The notes under the pieces: generated by a model
What the model was told of the DNA's origin: nothing
The model's database searches: none
Seen by the model: only the letters and a program-made list of their open reading frames with translations
Shown: piece after piece, positions 49,485 through 62,590 of the stretch
Layout: every line of letters begins with the position of its first letter
Numbering within the stretch: position 1 is the stretch's first letter
Assembly: GCF_006345805.1 (NCBI RefSeq)
Contig: NC_042997.1
Location: 93,124,001-93,188,000, forward strand
Length of the DNA stretch: 64,000 nucleotides
DNA from: Octopus sinensis
Taxonomy: Eukaryota
Direction of reading: 5' to 3'
Program-made: the position numbers and the translations under genes

Positions 49485-49931
49485 CGACATGTGTATGTAT
49501 ATTTTGAAATGTGGGCACATCTCTAATACTTCTTTTATTTCTGTGTTTTTGTCAGAGTAGTGAATTGGTAGGATTGTTACAGCAGCAGACAAACTGCCTT
49601 ACGAGTATATGATAATGGCTCTTTTGGTTCTAGGTTCAAACTCCACAACGGATAGTTTTAGCCTTTCCCCCTTCAAATATCAATAAAAATATAGTAGCAG
49701 TCAAAAATAGGACTGTAATTATCCCACTCCTCACCCTACCAAATTCGTATTTTTACGCCTTGTGTTAGAAATCAATCTCTGGGTTCAAATTTTGTCAAGA
49801 CCACCATTTCTTTTAGTCTTTTTATTCCTAACATTTCATCTTCCAGACTCAATAATATCGTCCCAGTTGAGTACTGGGATCAGTCTAATCCCAAATTTGA
49901 TGTCCTGCGCATATTTTTGAAAGATTAATAT

Positions 49932-52070
49932 TTAAGTTGAAATTCTACTCAGCTCAATGGAATATTTTCGTTTTCGCTCTACTTGCAAAAGTTCTATTTG
50001 TTTTCTTTTCCTAGTGGATGTACTCGTTGGTTCGACTACTCTTTCAGGTACGGGGACGTCAAAAATGTCATAAAGAAATTCCATTGGTTCTTCATGTCTT
50101 ACTCTTTCCTCTGTAAACTTATTTTTCAGTTGGTTTAAATGTCTTTGTGTTCCCACGTATGACCTTTTACCATGTACGTTATTGTTCCTAAACGTTTACT
50201 TATTATACGTTCTTCTTCCTAACTTTCCTTTCCGTTTCTGTATATTTTTAAAAACACCTTATCACCAATTTTGAAGTATTTTATCTTATTTTCGGTGTTT
50301 CTCTCCATTTTTCTTTTCTTCTCGGTAGTAATTTGTCAAATATTAACCTGTCTTTCTTGAAGAACATTATTTCAGCCAGCGACAAACCTGAAGTGGTGTT
50401 GGGGTTAGGTGTTATTCGGTAGGCACTTAAGAACTGTGTCAATACAGTATCAGCTAGTAACTCATTCCTAGATTTTTTTCAGCGCCTTCTTAAACGTACC
50501 TACAAAACGTTCCGCTAGTTCATTTAATCTCCGATGGTAATATGATTCATTGCATGCATTTTGCAAAAGGTTTTAAATTCCTTCGACGTGAACTGTGTTC
50601 CGTTATCAGACACTTTGGTGTCTAGGGCGCCATATCGCGCAAAAAGTTCGTTCAGAAATTCCATTGTTACTTTGGGGGTTAGCTTCCTAATTTACATATT
50701 TCCGGCCATTTCGTGTAACTATCCACAACTATTAGATAATACCCTCCATTTAACGGTCCTGTGAAGCCTATGTCAGGACCAAAGTATGTCAGTCTTGGGC
50801 CAAGGCTGAATTTTTATAGTTGGTGCTTTTGCTGCCAGGGCACAACCTCTGCAGGCTTTCACCAATTTTTCAATATCCTGATCCATATTCGGCCAGTAGA
50901 CGTAGCTCCTCATCAGTGCTTTCATTCTCGCAATTCCTGGATGTCCCATGTGGAATTCTTTTAGCATACATTTTTGTGAACAAACAGGTATTACAACACT
51001 CTGAGCGTACATAAGTACGTCATTACATATCGAATACCATTTCGAAACTGCGTCACGCTCGGCTACATGAGTTTTTGTACTTGTTTCTGACTTCACTATA
51101 TTTTTCCTTTTTAATAAGAACACATCCTTCTCTGCTTTAATTTTTATTTCCTCTAAAGTGACAGATAGTTCGCGTACTACGTTGCAGAGTATATTTTTTA
51201 ATTTCGATTTCAGATTTTAATGCCGCTACTACTGTCCTCTAGCAGTTCATTGTATTTAGGTATCGATCTCGACATCCCATCCGCATGTCCCAGTTTTTTC
51301 GATGGTAGAAATTCCATCTTAAAGTCATAAATAAGCAGGATCCAATGGGTGGTGATCTGTCTGCAGGCTGGATTTCTTTCTATGTATGAATTTATGAAAT
51401 TTTTTCACTGCAAAAATAATAGTTAATGCCTCTTTCTCACTTTAGTTGTAGTTTTTTTCCAGCCTCCAACAATGAACGTGACTATTTTCATGCTTGTGTA
51501 AAATTACCGCTCATGTACCACTTTCGCTAGCATCTGATGTTACTATTATTTTAAAATTTGGATCAAAGTACGATAACAGTTCCGATGTTAAAACTTTTGT
51601 AATGTCTTCGAACGCTTTTTGGCACCTGTTCGACGAATACCATTTAACGTATTGTGCTAAGAACACCCCTAAACAACCTAGATTATTTAGGGGTGCTCTT
51701 AGCTTATGCATATTCAGTATATATGTTTGGTAATAGTTTGCGAGCCCCAAGAACGCTTGTAACGTTGTAATATTTTTCGGGGGAGGCATACTTTTTATTG
51801 CAGTTGATCTTGAAGGATCTGGCCTGCGACTATTTTTATCGATAACTTGCTTTAAATACTTTATTCCTGGCAGGAAAAATTCGCATTTTTCCGCGCTAAG
51901 TTTTAAAAAATCCATACTCCTTTATTCTTACAAAGACCTTTTTAACGTGTTCCTCATGCTGGCCTCGAGACTCACTTTTTATGAGTATGTCATCTCCAAG
52001 TAAACTATAACGAAATCCGTATCTGCAAGCATTGTGTCCATTACCTATTGGAAAATACTAGATGCTACTA
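49932..52070 (-). pseudogene. Ty3/Gypsy LTR retrotransposon pol relic (RT, RNase H, integrase), frameshifted, no LTRs seen
   Basis: ASSIFQ*VMDTMLAD..VYL, KCEFFLPGIKYL, LQAFLGLANYY, IIVTSDASESG and EFHMGHPGIARMKALMRSYVYWPNMDQDIEKLVKACRGC (HHCC), plus PQSNNGISER. Confidence 0.9.
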
Positions 52071-52074
52071 CCTT

Positions 52075-52380
52075 TATCCCAATATAAACCTTTATGGGTG
52101 TTTATTGTTAATAATTTCGAAGATACCAAAAAGTTGCACTCAGTGACGGAAAACGCGAAAATATATCTCCGAGAAATGCAACGAAAGGAATCAGTACCCG
52201 AAGAAAATGTGTCCCCAACAAATAAGGCAAAACAAATTTTGAAAAAACATAACCAAGGGAGCAAAGATCACTGCAGGGCAAATACACGATTAGAATCAGG
52301 AAGCCTGATGCAGATCAGGCTCTTAATCGTCAGTATCTGTCATGCTCTAGTCTCAAACCAAAAATGGAGGGGTATATCAT
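52075..52380 (+). pseudogene. R4/Dong-like LINE relic
   Basis: LHSVTENAKIYLRE...TNKAKQI, then EQRSLQGKYTIRIRKPDADQALNRQYLSCSSLKPKMEG (KPLHGKY...ADVD...WL.SSGLK.ETEG). Confidence 0.7.
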
Positions 52381-52394
52381 TGCTGCTTTTTTTT

Positions 52395-52645
52395 ACCGAT
52401 TGCGGGAACGTCAACAAACCAGCACCGGTTGTCAAATATAATACAAAACACGTGTGTGTGTGTGTATGTATGTACATATGACGGGCTTCCTTTAGTTCCC
52501 AACTGCTAAATCCGTTTACAAGGTTTTGGTTGGCCCAAGGCTATAATAGAAAACATTTTTTCAAGGATCCATGCAGTAGGACTGAACCCAAGACCTCATG
52601 GTTGACAAGCAAACTTCTTAACCACACAGCCACGACTGCACCTTT
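52395..52645 (-). mobile_element. SINE type B, partial
   Basis: AGCACCGGTTGTCAA, GACGGGCTTC and CACACAGCCACGACTGCACCT. Confidence 0.7.
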
Positions 52646-53079
52646 TAATGATTTTTTATTAATTGTCTCTTTTACTGATATATCATTACGTAGTCTAATT
52701 TCAAGAAGAAAAATCCCAGTGTTTTTATTTCTTTACTTATTTTTTTCTTCTTTTGTTAACCTGTTCCCTTTAAACCAGCGTGACGAAGTTGACAGGTTGT
52801 CCGTCCCACCATTACTGTCGACGATCTGTGTGCTGCTGTTATGACAACTGAACTGAAGCAAATACATAAAGGAATTTACCTGTGCAGATATTTACCTCAG
52901 TGACTATTCGTTATACTTCTCCTCCAAATTTTAATACTTTTTTACGTTCACCACAACCACCAGCGTCACCACCACTAATACCACTAACACCACCACCAAC
53001 ACCAGCAAGTTTTTCCCATCACACTCACTAACCCAACCCATCGCATTTTAACCCAACCCAAGTTTCCGTACCACCACCA

Positions 53080-53082
<3 letters not shown>

Positions 53083-53169
<87 letters not shown>

Positions 53170-53170
53170 T
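53083..53170. repeat. (TAC)n microsatellite
   Basis: Visible directly. Confidence 0.95.
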
Positions 53171-53712
53171 TTACAACAGTGTCTTCTGTCACCACCATTT
53201 CCATCACCGTTACCGCCTCCGCTATTACTTATTAACACCACCATCACCGTCGCCATCATCAAGAAATCTGTCAAAGCAAATTATTCACTTAACAGGTGTA
53301 GACAATTGTTGAAGCTTACTTCACTATAAAGCGCAGTAGTGGGAGGTGAATAAAAAAAGAAAAGAAAAGAAGAAGGTAGACAGAGAATCCCTACAAACTT
53401 TCAAGAAATATCATATACAACTAGGAAAACTAATCAGAAACAGAAAACATAAGTACAAACTATACTGAGAGATATTTGGACAAAAATCAATAATTGCACG
53501 GTAAGTAAATTATTTCATATTGTAATTTGGCGTGCGGCGTCGGCAATAGAAAAAGAAAAACATCATTTTTATGTATTTTAGCTGCAAACTAAGTTAACAA
53601 TCGAATACATGTTTACTGGAATTGCCAAGGTATAGAATCTATATACATGTCTGATTATGTATGCTTGTATGTGTCTGTATATGTGCATGTTTTTATGTAT
53701 GTGTATGTGTGA

Positions 53713-53772
<60 letters not shown>

Positions 53773-53951
53773 TATATTCATATACATATACATATATAAA
53801 TATATTATTATTATTATTATTATTATTATTAGATAATAAAAGGAATGGTTTATACCTGGTAGCTTACTGGTAAAGCACGACCACTATCATAGTGCTCGTT
53901 ATGTGTATGGTTAATGGGAGACGGAAGTTGGAAGATGCGAGAACTTTTATT

Positions 53952-54023
53952 CATTCCTACGATTGTTTCGACCCATTTAGCATCATCCCTTATGGGTGGG
54001 ATACTTAACAACTGGTTCAGGAG
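53952..54023 (-). ncRNA. Decayed HHR-like motif
   Basis: Minus strand reads CTGA|ACC...GGTC-GAAA-CAATCG-TA-GGAATG. The core appears to have lost ~4 nt (NGAG). Confidence 0.3.
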
Positions 54024-54083
54024 TATATAGATACATAGATACATACACACACATACACACACACACATATATATGTATATAAG

Positions 54084-54114
<31 letters not shown>

Positions 54115-54280
54115 GTATGTATGTATATATGTATATATATACATGTATATAAGTATAATGTATATATATATATATATAAGTATATATGCATATATATATA
54201 TATATATATGTATGTATATATGTATATATATAGATGTATATAAGTATAAATGTATATATATATATGTATATAAGTATATA

Positions 54281-54323
<43 letters not shown>

Positions 54324-54376
54324 ATTGGTGAATTGAAGAAATGGAGCTGAACGCAGATTGAACAGGAATCGTTTTA

Positions 54377-54465
54377 TTTCATTCTACACGTGTTTCGAAA
54401 GGCACAAATTACCAAAATCCGATTGAATAATGGGACCATATTGTGTCTTTCTCTTCAGGAAGAAA
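54377..54465 (-). ncRNA. Type I hammerhead ribozyme motif (family C)
   Basis: Minus strand: TTTCTTC-CTGAAGA-GAAAGACACAA...TTGTGCCTTTC-GAAA-CACGTG-TA-GAATGAAA. Stem II is 10 of 11 bp, stem III is the palindrome ACACGTGT, the triplet is GUA, and stem I is 7 bp with one bulge. Confidence 0.82.
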
Positions 54466-54696
54466 AAAGGAAATCCGTTGGAAAAACAAAAACAGAACAG
54501 AGGCGGAGCAAAAAACAAATACATATATATATATATATATATGTATGTATATATATGTATATATGTGTGCGTGTGTATGGAATTTTGGGACTAATGGGTG
54601 GCTAATATGTATGTCAATTAGTGTGTGTTGAGTAAAGCACGTTCACAGTTTGGGCTGCCTGGTACCGTCCACGGTTGGGGTATATATATATACATA

Positions 54697-54727
<31 letters not shown>

Positions 54728-54999
54728 GTTTGTGTGTGTATGTATACACACACTCTTTTATTATTTATGTTTGTATGTATGTAAGCAGCTAATTATGTAT
54801 TCGCTTTACTGGTGTAGGCAATTGTTGAAGTTAACATCACTATAAAGCGCAATAGTGGGAGGTGAATAAAATACAAAAAAGAAAAAAAAAGACTGTGAAT
54901 ATCGATAAAGTTTCAAGAAATATCAAATACAATTAGGAAAACCAAACAGAAACATAGTTACAAACTATATCGAGAGAAAGCTGGACTATATTATATATA

Positions 55000-55044
<45 letters not shown>

Positions 55045-55062
55045 ATATATATAGATATATAT

Positions 55063-55105
<43 letters not shown>

Positions 55106-55111
55106 TATACA

Positions 55112-55142
<31 letters not shown>

Positions 55143-55153
55143 CTATATCTATC

Positions 55154-55191
<38 letters not shown>

Positions 55192-55522
55192 ATATACATA
55201 CTATTTTATTACTTATATGTTTGCATGTATCTATATAAGTAGCTAGATGGTTAAGTAGGAGGGTAGGTTGTGCCCTATTGTTAGGAAAATAATTTCGCAT
55301 CCAAAAGCCACCCTCAAGCACAATAGTGGTACTCCTTGCAGCATGTATGTATGTATTTATGTATGTATGTATGTATGTGTGTGTGTGTGTTTGTATGCAT
55401 GTTTGCATGTATTTATTTACATATGTATGTATGTACGTATGCATGTATGTATGCATGTATGTATGTATGTACGTATGTATACGCGCGCGCGCGCACGCAC
55501 ACACATACACATGCAGACACAA

Positions 55523-55556
<34 letters not shown>

Positions 55557-55635
55557 TTATGCTTATAGTATATGCACATTACATAGGCGATTTTAATATA
55601 TATTTAAACTATTTCTCCTATTTTTTAATATTATG

Positions 55636-55785
55636 AGCTTAAATTCCGCTGAGGTGGACTTTAACTTTCATCCTTTCGGGATCGATAAAGCAAGTGACAG
55701 TTGAGCACTGGAATTGGTGTAATCGATTACCCTGCCCCCACTCCACAACAATATTTCCCACCTATTGCTCATAGTTGTAAGAAAT
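55636..55785 (+). mobile_element. SINE type A, 3' half
   Basis: AAATTCCGCTGAGGTGGACTTTAACTTTCATCCTTTCGGGATCGATAAA. Confidence 0.65.
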
Positions 55786-56268
55786 ATATATTTAAACTGG
55801 TGACTTGGCAGAGTCGTTAGAGCATCGGATAGAAAGCCTTGTAATATATGTTTCAACTTTATCTACATGCTCTGAATTCGAATCCACTGCGGTCACCCAT
55901 TCAAGTTCCATAAAAAAAGAGTACTTGCCTACCGACTTGATGGAGTAGAGCTATAATTTTAGATCGTTCGACTAGATGGCTTGCGATATATGCCCCGGTT
56001 TTTGACATTTTGAGTTCAGTTGATCACCGAACTGAAATCTCACGAATACTAAACCCTCACTTTGAAGCTAATGCAAAGAGAGCGTCTGAGAACTTCAAAT
56101 GATTTCTCATGAGTTCCTAAGAATCTTACGTAACCGATGGGTGAAAAAGGATTTTCACACACAAACACACATATGTACACACGCATATATCCATGCAAAT
56201 ATGTAGTTACTTATTATACATGCACATATATACCTACATATCTTCGTATATGTATATGTATATGCGTT

Positions 56269-56302
<34 letters not shown>

Positions 56303-56607
56303 AACGTGTTACGATAGGAAGTAGTGGGCAGTACCAGAATTTTCGCCTCGTGTCAAATATAACAAACTCCAAATCATTGATAGATTATCCGCATGAGTGG
56401 AGTCAAAACCGGACAGTCTGCATTGGTATTGAGTCGCATTTGTTCTAATAATGAAGTCAAACCAAATAGAGATATTTTGACATTAAATATCACTATTTGG
56501 TTTGATATTTCTTACACATCTATACATCTATAAATATTGTATATATGTATATACGTATATATATACGTATGTACGTCTATATATGTTCGTATTTACGTGT
56601 ATTTATG

Positions 56608-56678
<71 letters not shown>

Positions 56679-56877
56679 CCACACGCAAACACATATGCAC
56701 ACTTAAATATGTCAAATCGCAGTCGCACCCTCTGTGTGTGTGTAATATATATATATGTATATATATATACAATTAAGTTTTCTTATTCTTATGAAGTATG
56801 TTTTAAGTATACTTCACAATATATGGGCTGTGTTTAAGAAGTGCTAATTGCGAACTAAATCGAAGGATAAGAGAAAT

Positions 56878-57153
56878 TATAGAAGCAACACATCTAGGCA
56901 GTCAATACAAATTCCAAAGCATAATTTAAAGCACACGACGAAATAAATATACATATAAATTTATATAAATAGATTAATAAAATCATATGTAAAAGTTATA
57001 TGTGAAAACTTTGCATCTTGTACGTTGGGTTCACATAAAACTTTTATATGTGAATTTATTCTATTTCTATAAATTTATATGTATATATTTCGTTATGTGC
57101 TTTAAATTATGCTTGAGAATTCGTATTGATTGCCTAGATCTGTCCCTTCTATA
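56878..57153. repeat. Foldback/MITE-like element, ~125-bp arms and 23-nt loop
   Basis: TATAGAAGCAACACATCTAGGC...TATGTGAA (56878-57006) is the inverted copy of TTCACATA...GCCTAGATCTGTCCCTTCTATA (57030-57153), roughly 85% by eye. Confidence 0.85.
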
Positions 57154-57203
57154 TACATATATATGTGTATGCGTATATATATGTGTGTGTGTGTGTGTGT
57201 GTC

Positions 57204-57256
<53 letters not shown>

Positions 57257-57867
57257 ATATATATATATACTCACACATACACGGGAATAATGTGATGTAA
57301 GTGGGTTAAAGCTTTACGTTTATACACGTGTCCAATTCCCGTAATTAAAAAGCAGAGCAACTATTCTAGTAAGATCATTCTTTTGTGTGTGTGTGTGTGT
57401 GTAATTTTTTTTTTCCTTTTGGTGGCGTCTTGGAACAGTTATCCCAGGAGGTTGCATACCACATGGGAAAAGAAAAGATTTTTTTTACTTCCTTTTTTTC
57501 TTTGAAAATTGTAATTTCCGTGGGTATAAAATAAACAAATGCTGAAAAAAATAACCCAAAAAAAACAATGTCTGGTATGGGACTTCGACGGTTAGCTATT
57601 CCAAAACTCGCCACTTTTTAAAAACTATTATTTCTAACAAACAAGGGACTGAGTCTCCAAACTATTAGTTTATTTTAAAAACAAAACAAAAGCTCATCCT
57701 GATTGATAATCTTAAATTAAACATGAGTGATTTCATTATACATTATTGCTATTATAATAATTTTAAAGGATTTACCGAAAATTTAAAAAAGGATACCGAA
57801 CAGTAACCTTCTCCTGGTCCTTACGTTCAGATTTCTCTAAACCTTACTGAAATTCCATTCATCAGTA

Positions 57868-58279
57868 TACTCTTTACTCTTTTACTTGTTTTAGTCATTT
57901 GACTGCGGCCATGCTGGAGCACCGCCTTTAATCGAGCAACTCGACCCCGGGACTTATTCTTTTGTAAGCCCAGTACTTATTCTATCGGTCTCTTTTGCCG
58001 AACCGCTAAGTAACAGGGACATAAACACACCAGCATCGGTTGTCAAGCAATGCTAGGGGACAAACACAGACACACAAACACACACACGCATATATATATA
58101 TATATATATATACATATAAACGACGGGCTTCTTTCAGTTTCCGCCTACCAAATCCACTCACAAGGCTTTGGTCAGCCCGAGGCTATAGTAGAAGATACTT
58201 GCCCAAGGTGCCACGCTGTGGGACTGAACCCGGAACCATGTGGTTGGTAGACAAGCTACTTACCACACAGCCACTCCTG
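57868..58279 (-). mobile_element. SINE type B, full length
   Basis: Collinear with 37747-38174. Confidence 0.87.
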
Positions 58280-58284
58280 TTATT

Positions 58285-58739
58285 TTATCTTCTACTTGTT
58301 TCAGTCATTAGATTGCGGCCATGCTGGGGCACCGCCTTGAAAAACTTTTAGTCGAATGAATCGACCTCAGTACTTATTTTTTTTTTTTTGTTAAGCCTGG
58401 TACATATTCTATGGGTTTCTGCTTGACCGAACCACTAGGTTATACTGGGACTTAAACACACCAACACCGGTTGTCAAGCGGTGGTGGAGAACAAACACAG
58501 ACACCTACACGCACTCACACACACACACGCAACACACACACACAGACACATATATATATATATATAGACACACACACACCACGACGAGATTCTTTCTGTT
58601 TCTGTCTACAAAATCCACTCACAAGGCTTTGGTTGACCCGAGGCTCTAGCAGAAGACAATTGACTAAGGTGCCACGCTGTGCGACTAAAGCCAGAACTAT
58701 TTAGTTGAGAAGTAACCTTCTTACCACACAGCCACGCCC
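58285..58739 (-). mobile_element. SINE type B, older copy abutting the previous one
   Basis: CTTGTTTCAGTCATTAGATTGCGGCC...AAATCCACTCACAAGGC...TTACCACACAGCCAC. Confidence 0.8.
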
Positions 58740-60717
58740 ATTTTTCAATCAAAAATTTTGTAATTATTAATTTATAAGATAGATATCGTTGTTTTTCTTC
58801 TTTAACCCTTCGCCTGTCCAAAGTATTTTTATAAGTTCGTCGTAAACATCCATATTCGTTTTCAGACTTTTAGTTAACGTTCGTTTCATACGATCTGTGT
58901 GATATAAAACTTTCCTTTCATAAGTACCAAGTTACTCTGAAAACAAAATGAGAATGAGATTTATGGGCACCAGAGAAATATGTACAGTGTATTACTTGGA
59001 TGCACGAGACAGTCAAAGGTTGGTTTGCCTTGCATGAGCCAAGTTATGGTCGATTGCATGCAAGCCTTACTAATCTTACCTTTTACTCAAGACTACGTTG
59101 TTAAATGTGTATTTTATTTTAAGATGTTAAAAGTACGATTTGAGGGAGATGCGGCCGCTATTTTTATCAAATGCAGTGAGATGTTTGATATCCTCCACTT
59201 GCAATGTCTTCTTATTCTCGCACAAGCATTTATTTTTTTGAACTGACGAAGACTAATGTTTTAAAGAAATAAAATAAATAACTGGAGACGAATTAAATAT
59301 ATATATTATTGCCTCCGAAAGAAATTTAGGAAGGCGAAATAAAACTGCTTTCGGACTCTGAGAGAGTGAGAAGTTCGTCTGAAATTTCAAGGAGGCTGTA
59401 AAGTTTTAGTTTTAGGGAGACGCACGATAGATCATCACAGACTCCCTTCCACCGTCAAGTAGAGCCTGATTGCCAGATATGTAGCACAAATTAATCCTAA
59501 TCCGAAGGAATGCGTTTCAATGATGCGCCTATGAGATTGATAATACTAATTTCTTTTGTTGGTACAAAACCACAAATGTTTGGAAGAGATGATGTAATCA
59601 ATGTAATTGATTCATGTACTTGATTACTGGTTATTCTATCTGCAACATAAGAATGAAAAGTTAAATTGCTTTAAGTTCCTTTTGAACCAATTTTAAAGAG
59701 ATCTAACTAAACCATGCGAGACATTGTCTTTTTCACTCTCCTGTTTGTGCTTATCCACGCCACAAAACACTCTGATAATATTAGTTGATTTCTGACGTTG
59801 CCTCATGGTCATAAATTTTGGGAGCAGAATGTAGTCAATTAAAACTACCCCAGCATTTCACAAGTATTTTAATTTGTAGACCCTCAAAAGAACCAATGTC
59901 ATTCATTTTGAAATTTGAACTACGAAAAATTACTTTGATAATACTGACTTTAGAAACGGATAATGTTTGAATATATGTTTGACTAATGGACTATAAGAAT
60001 GGAAATGTTTGAATATAGTGGGCGAATTGCTGGTGGGACTTACATGTGTATTTGTGCGAATAGAGTTTAGGCTTCTTTCACTGAAGAATTGTGAGTTCAA
60101 GGTCCTTTTTTCTGTCACCTACGTGATATGCTGCTATACTTTTAAAAGATAACTTCCTTTGCACTCTCTGTCTATTTGGTAGCAGAGAATGTAAGAACGA
60201 AGCATGTATGAGGGGAAGAGTAAAAGAGAAAGAGTGGCGCAGAGAGAAAAGAGAGTGGTGAAAAGGGCATTTTGTGTTTATGTATGTCTCAGACATGGTG
60301 CGATATATTCATGTGTATTTTTATTTAGGCTGACATCTAACAATTATATGACAGTATTTATTAAGTAATACTAATATGTCTGGGTAATCAACGACTGATA
60401 TCTATTATCCCATTTGCCAATGTTTATACGGCACCACTGACTGTTGTGTATCATAGTCCTGCCAGAATACATCATCATCATCATGTCTACTGCCATATAT
60501 TATTCTAAGTATATAGTTTTATGTGCGGGTATGTCTATCTGTATAGATATCTATCCATTCTTCAGCTCTTCCCCACCCTTTCATTGTATATGCATGTTTG
60601 TACGGACTCATATGTACACCCACGCACTCACACACACACACACCACACTCGGGTATGTATGTATATGTGTATATATACATATATATATATATGTGTGTGT
60701 GTATGTATGTATGTATA

Positions 60718-60749
<32 letters not shown>

Positions 60750-60884
60750 GTATACATATATATATATATATATATATAATATATATATGTATATATATAT
60801 TATATACTAATATAGGATAAAAATTTTTTTCCAAAAAATTTCATCAAAAGTAGTAGCATATGAAGATACCTTTAAAGGTGAAAA

Positions 60885-60963
60885 TTATAAACAAGGGCAA
60901 AATAAAAAGATTTCTATGCCAAATTGGCATAGAAATCTTTTTTTCTTTTGCCCTTGTTTATAA
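60885..60963. repeat. Near-perfect 79-bp palindrome
   Basis: TTATAAACAAGGGCAAAATAAAAAGATTTCTATGCCAA-A-TTGGCATAGAAATCTTTTTTTCTTTTGCCCTTGTTTATAA. Confidence 0.9.
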
Positions 60964-60986
60964 ATTGTATATATATATATAATATA

Positions 60987-61027
<41 letters not shown>

Positions 61028-61287
61028 ATATATATATATATATATAGTAATATATATATAATATATATATGTATATATATATATATATGTATATATATGT
61101 ATATATGATATATATATATAGTATATATAGATAGTATATGATATATATATGTATATATGTATATATGTATATATATATATGATATATATATATGTATATA
61201 TATATGTATATATGTATATATATATTATATAATATGTAATAGATTATATATATATATGTATATTATATATATATGTATATATATATG

Positions 61288-61321
<34 letters not shown>

Positions 61322-61401
61322 ATATATATTTCAAAAGTGACCCATGTGAATCATTCGCGATTTGTTTTCCTCCGTCTTCCTTTTCTATTGGACTTTGCTC
61401 T

Positions 61402-61436
61402 GTTTCTGAAGAAGAGCTTTGCTCGAAACGTAAAAC
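61402..61436 (+). ncRNA. Minimal HHR motif with an extra A after the core (family D, Penelope pLTR type)
   Basis: GTTT-CTGAAGA-A-GAGC-TTT-GCTC-GAAA-CG-TA-AAAC. Stem III is the palindrome ACGT and the triplet is GUA. It lies in a ~230-bp block between (TA)n tracts. Confidence 0.65.
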
Positions 61437-61599
61437 CATATTTCTTTCTTTCCCCGAGCGTCTGCTAATACTTTACATGTACCAAGTACTCGCGTTGTTG
61501 TTTTCTGGGTGTTTGTTCGTCGTTTTTTCTTTTCGGGGATTTACTATGTGTGCTTGTAAATACACATATACATACATACATACATATATATATATACAC

Positions 61600-61679
<80 letters not shown>

Positions 61680-62187
61680 TAAAGATGTATTACTATTAAA
61701 TAAAGTCATGTTAACTCTATAACAAATATTTCGACAAACATATATACGTGTGTGAATAATAAAGATGCATGGTAAATATCTTACATTGTATATTTTGTAA
61801 TTTGTGTAGTTCTGAAATTCGTATTTCTCGAAAATCAACATGCCATCCATTCAGTATCGACCCAGTAAACATTATTAGAATAGAAATATCGAAAATATTC
61901 AGGTGACCTCAAGTCCTTCTCAAGTGCTATTATACAAAATACTGAAATGTCACGTACGCGGTTTTGAGAATTTTATTTTTATGTTTTGCTTAGATGTGGG
62001 GAGGCAGAACAACACTCATAACATTTGGTAGGGCCTTAGATAGACTCATGAGCAACTCTTAGATCAGAAACACAAACACTGCTCTAAAGGATTGGTAAGC
62101 GAACTATTTGCTCTGGTCCCATACATACCTCGTTATTGTTTGTTTGTTTGTTTGTTTGTGTGGTTGTGTGTGTGTATGTGTGTGTGT

Positions 62188-62228
<41 letters not shown>

Positions 62229-62315
62229 GCGCGCGAGTGCTTGAGTGTTAGTTCGTGAGCACAATTTACGTCGGTTATTGGTTCGGAGACATGCGACTTA
62301 ACTCGAAAAACTACT

Positions 62316-62449
62316 AGGTGCAAGGCGTGGTTGTGTGGTAAGAAGATTGTTTCCCAAGTTTATGACTCCGGGTTCAGTCCCACTGTGTGACACCTTGGGC
62401 AAGTGTCTACTACTATAGCATCGAGTCGATCAAAGCCCGTCGTAAGTAT

Positions 62450-62481
<32 letters not shown>

Positions 62482-62590
62482 ACACACACACACATACATG
62501 TATACATTTTGTTTCTCTGTGTGTTTGTCCCACCACCACCACCACCACTACCACCACTGCAAAACCGGTTTTGGTTTGTTTACGAAAGTT
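62316..62590 (+). mobile_element. SINE type B, internally deleted
   Basis: AGGTGCAAGGCGTGGTTGTGTGGTAAG...GGTTCAGTCCCACTGTGTGACACCTTGGGCAAGTGTC. Confidence 0.78.

Noticed and set aside
53028-53062. TAACCCAACCC repeats as interstitial telomere
   Set aside because: Only two short imperfect copies within a CAC/TAC low-complexity tract.
53295-53315. GACAATTGTT resembling the reverse of family A stem III
   Set aside because: The minus strand reads TCAACAATTGTC rather than GAAACAATTGTC, and there is no CUGANGA core.
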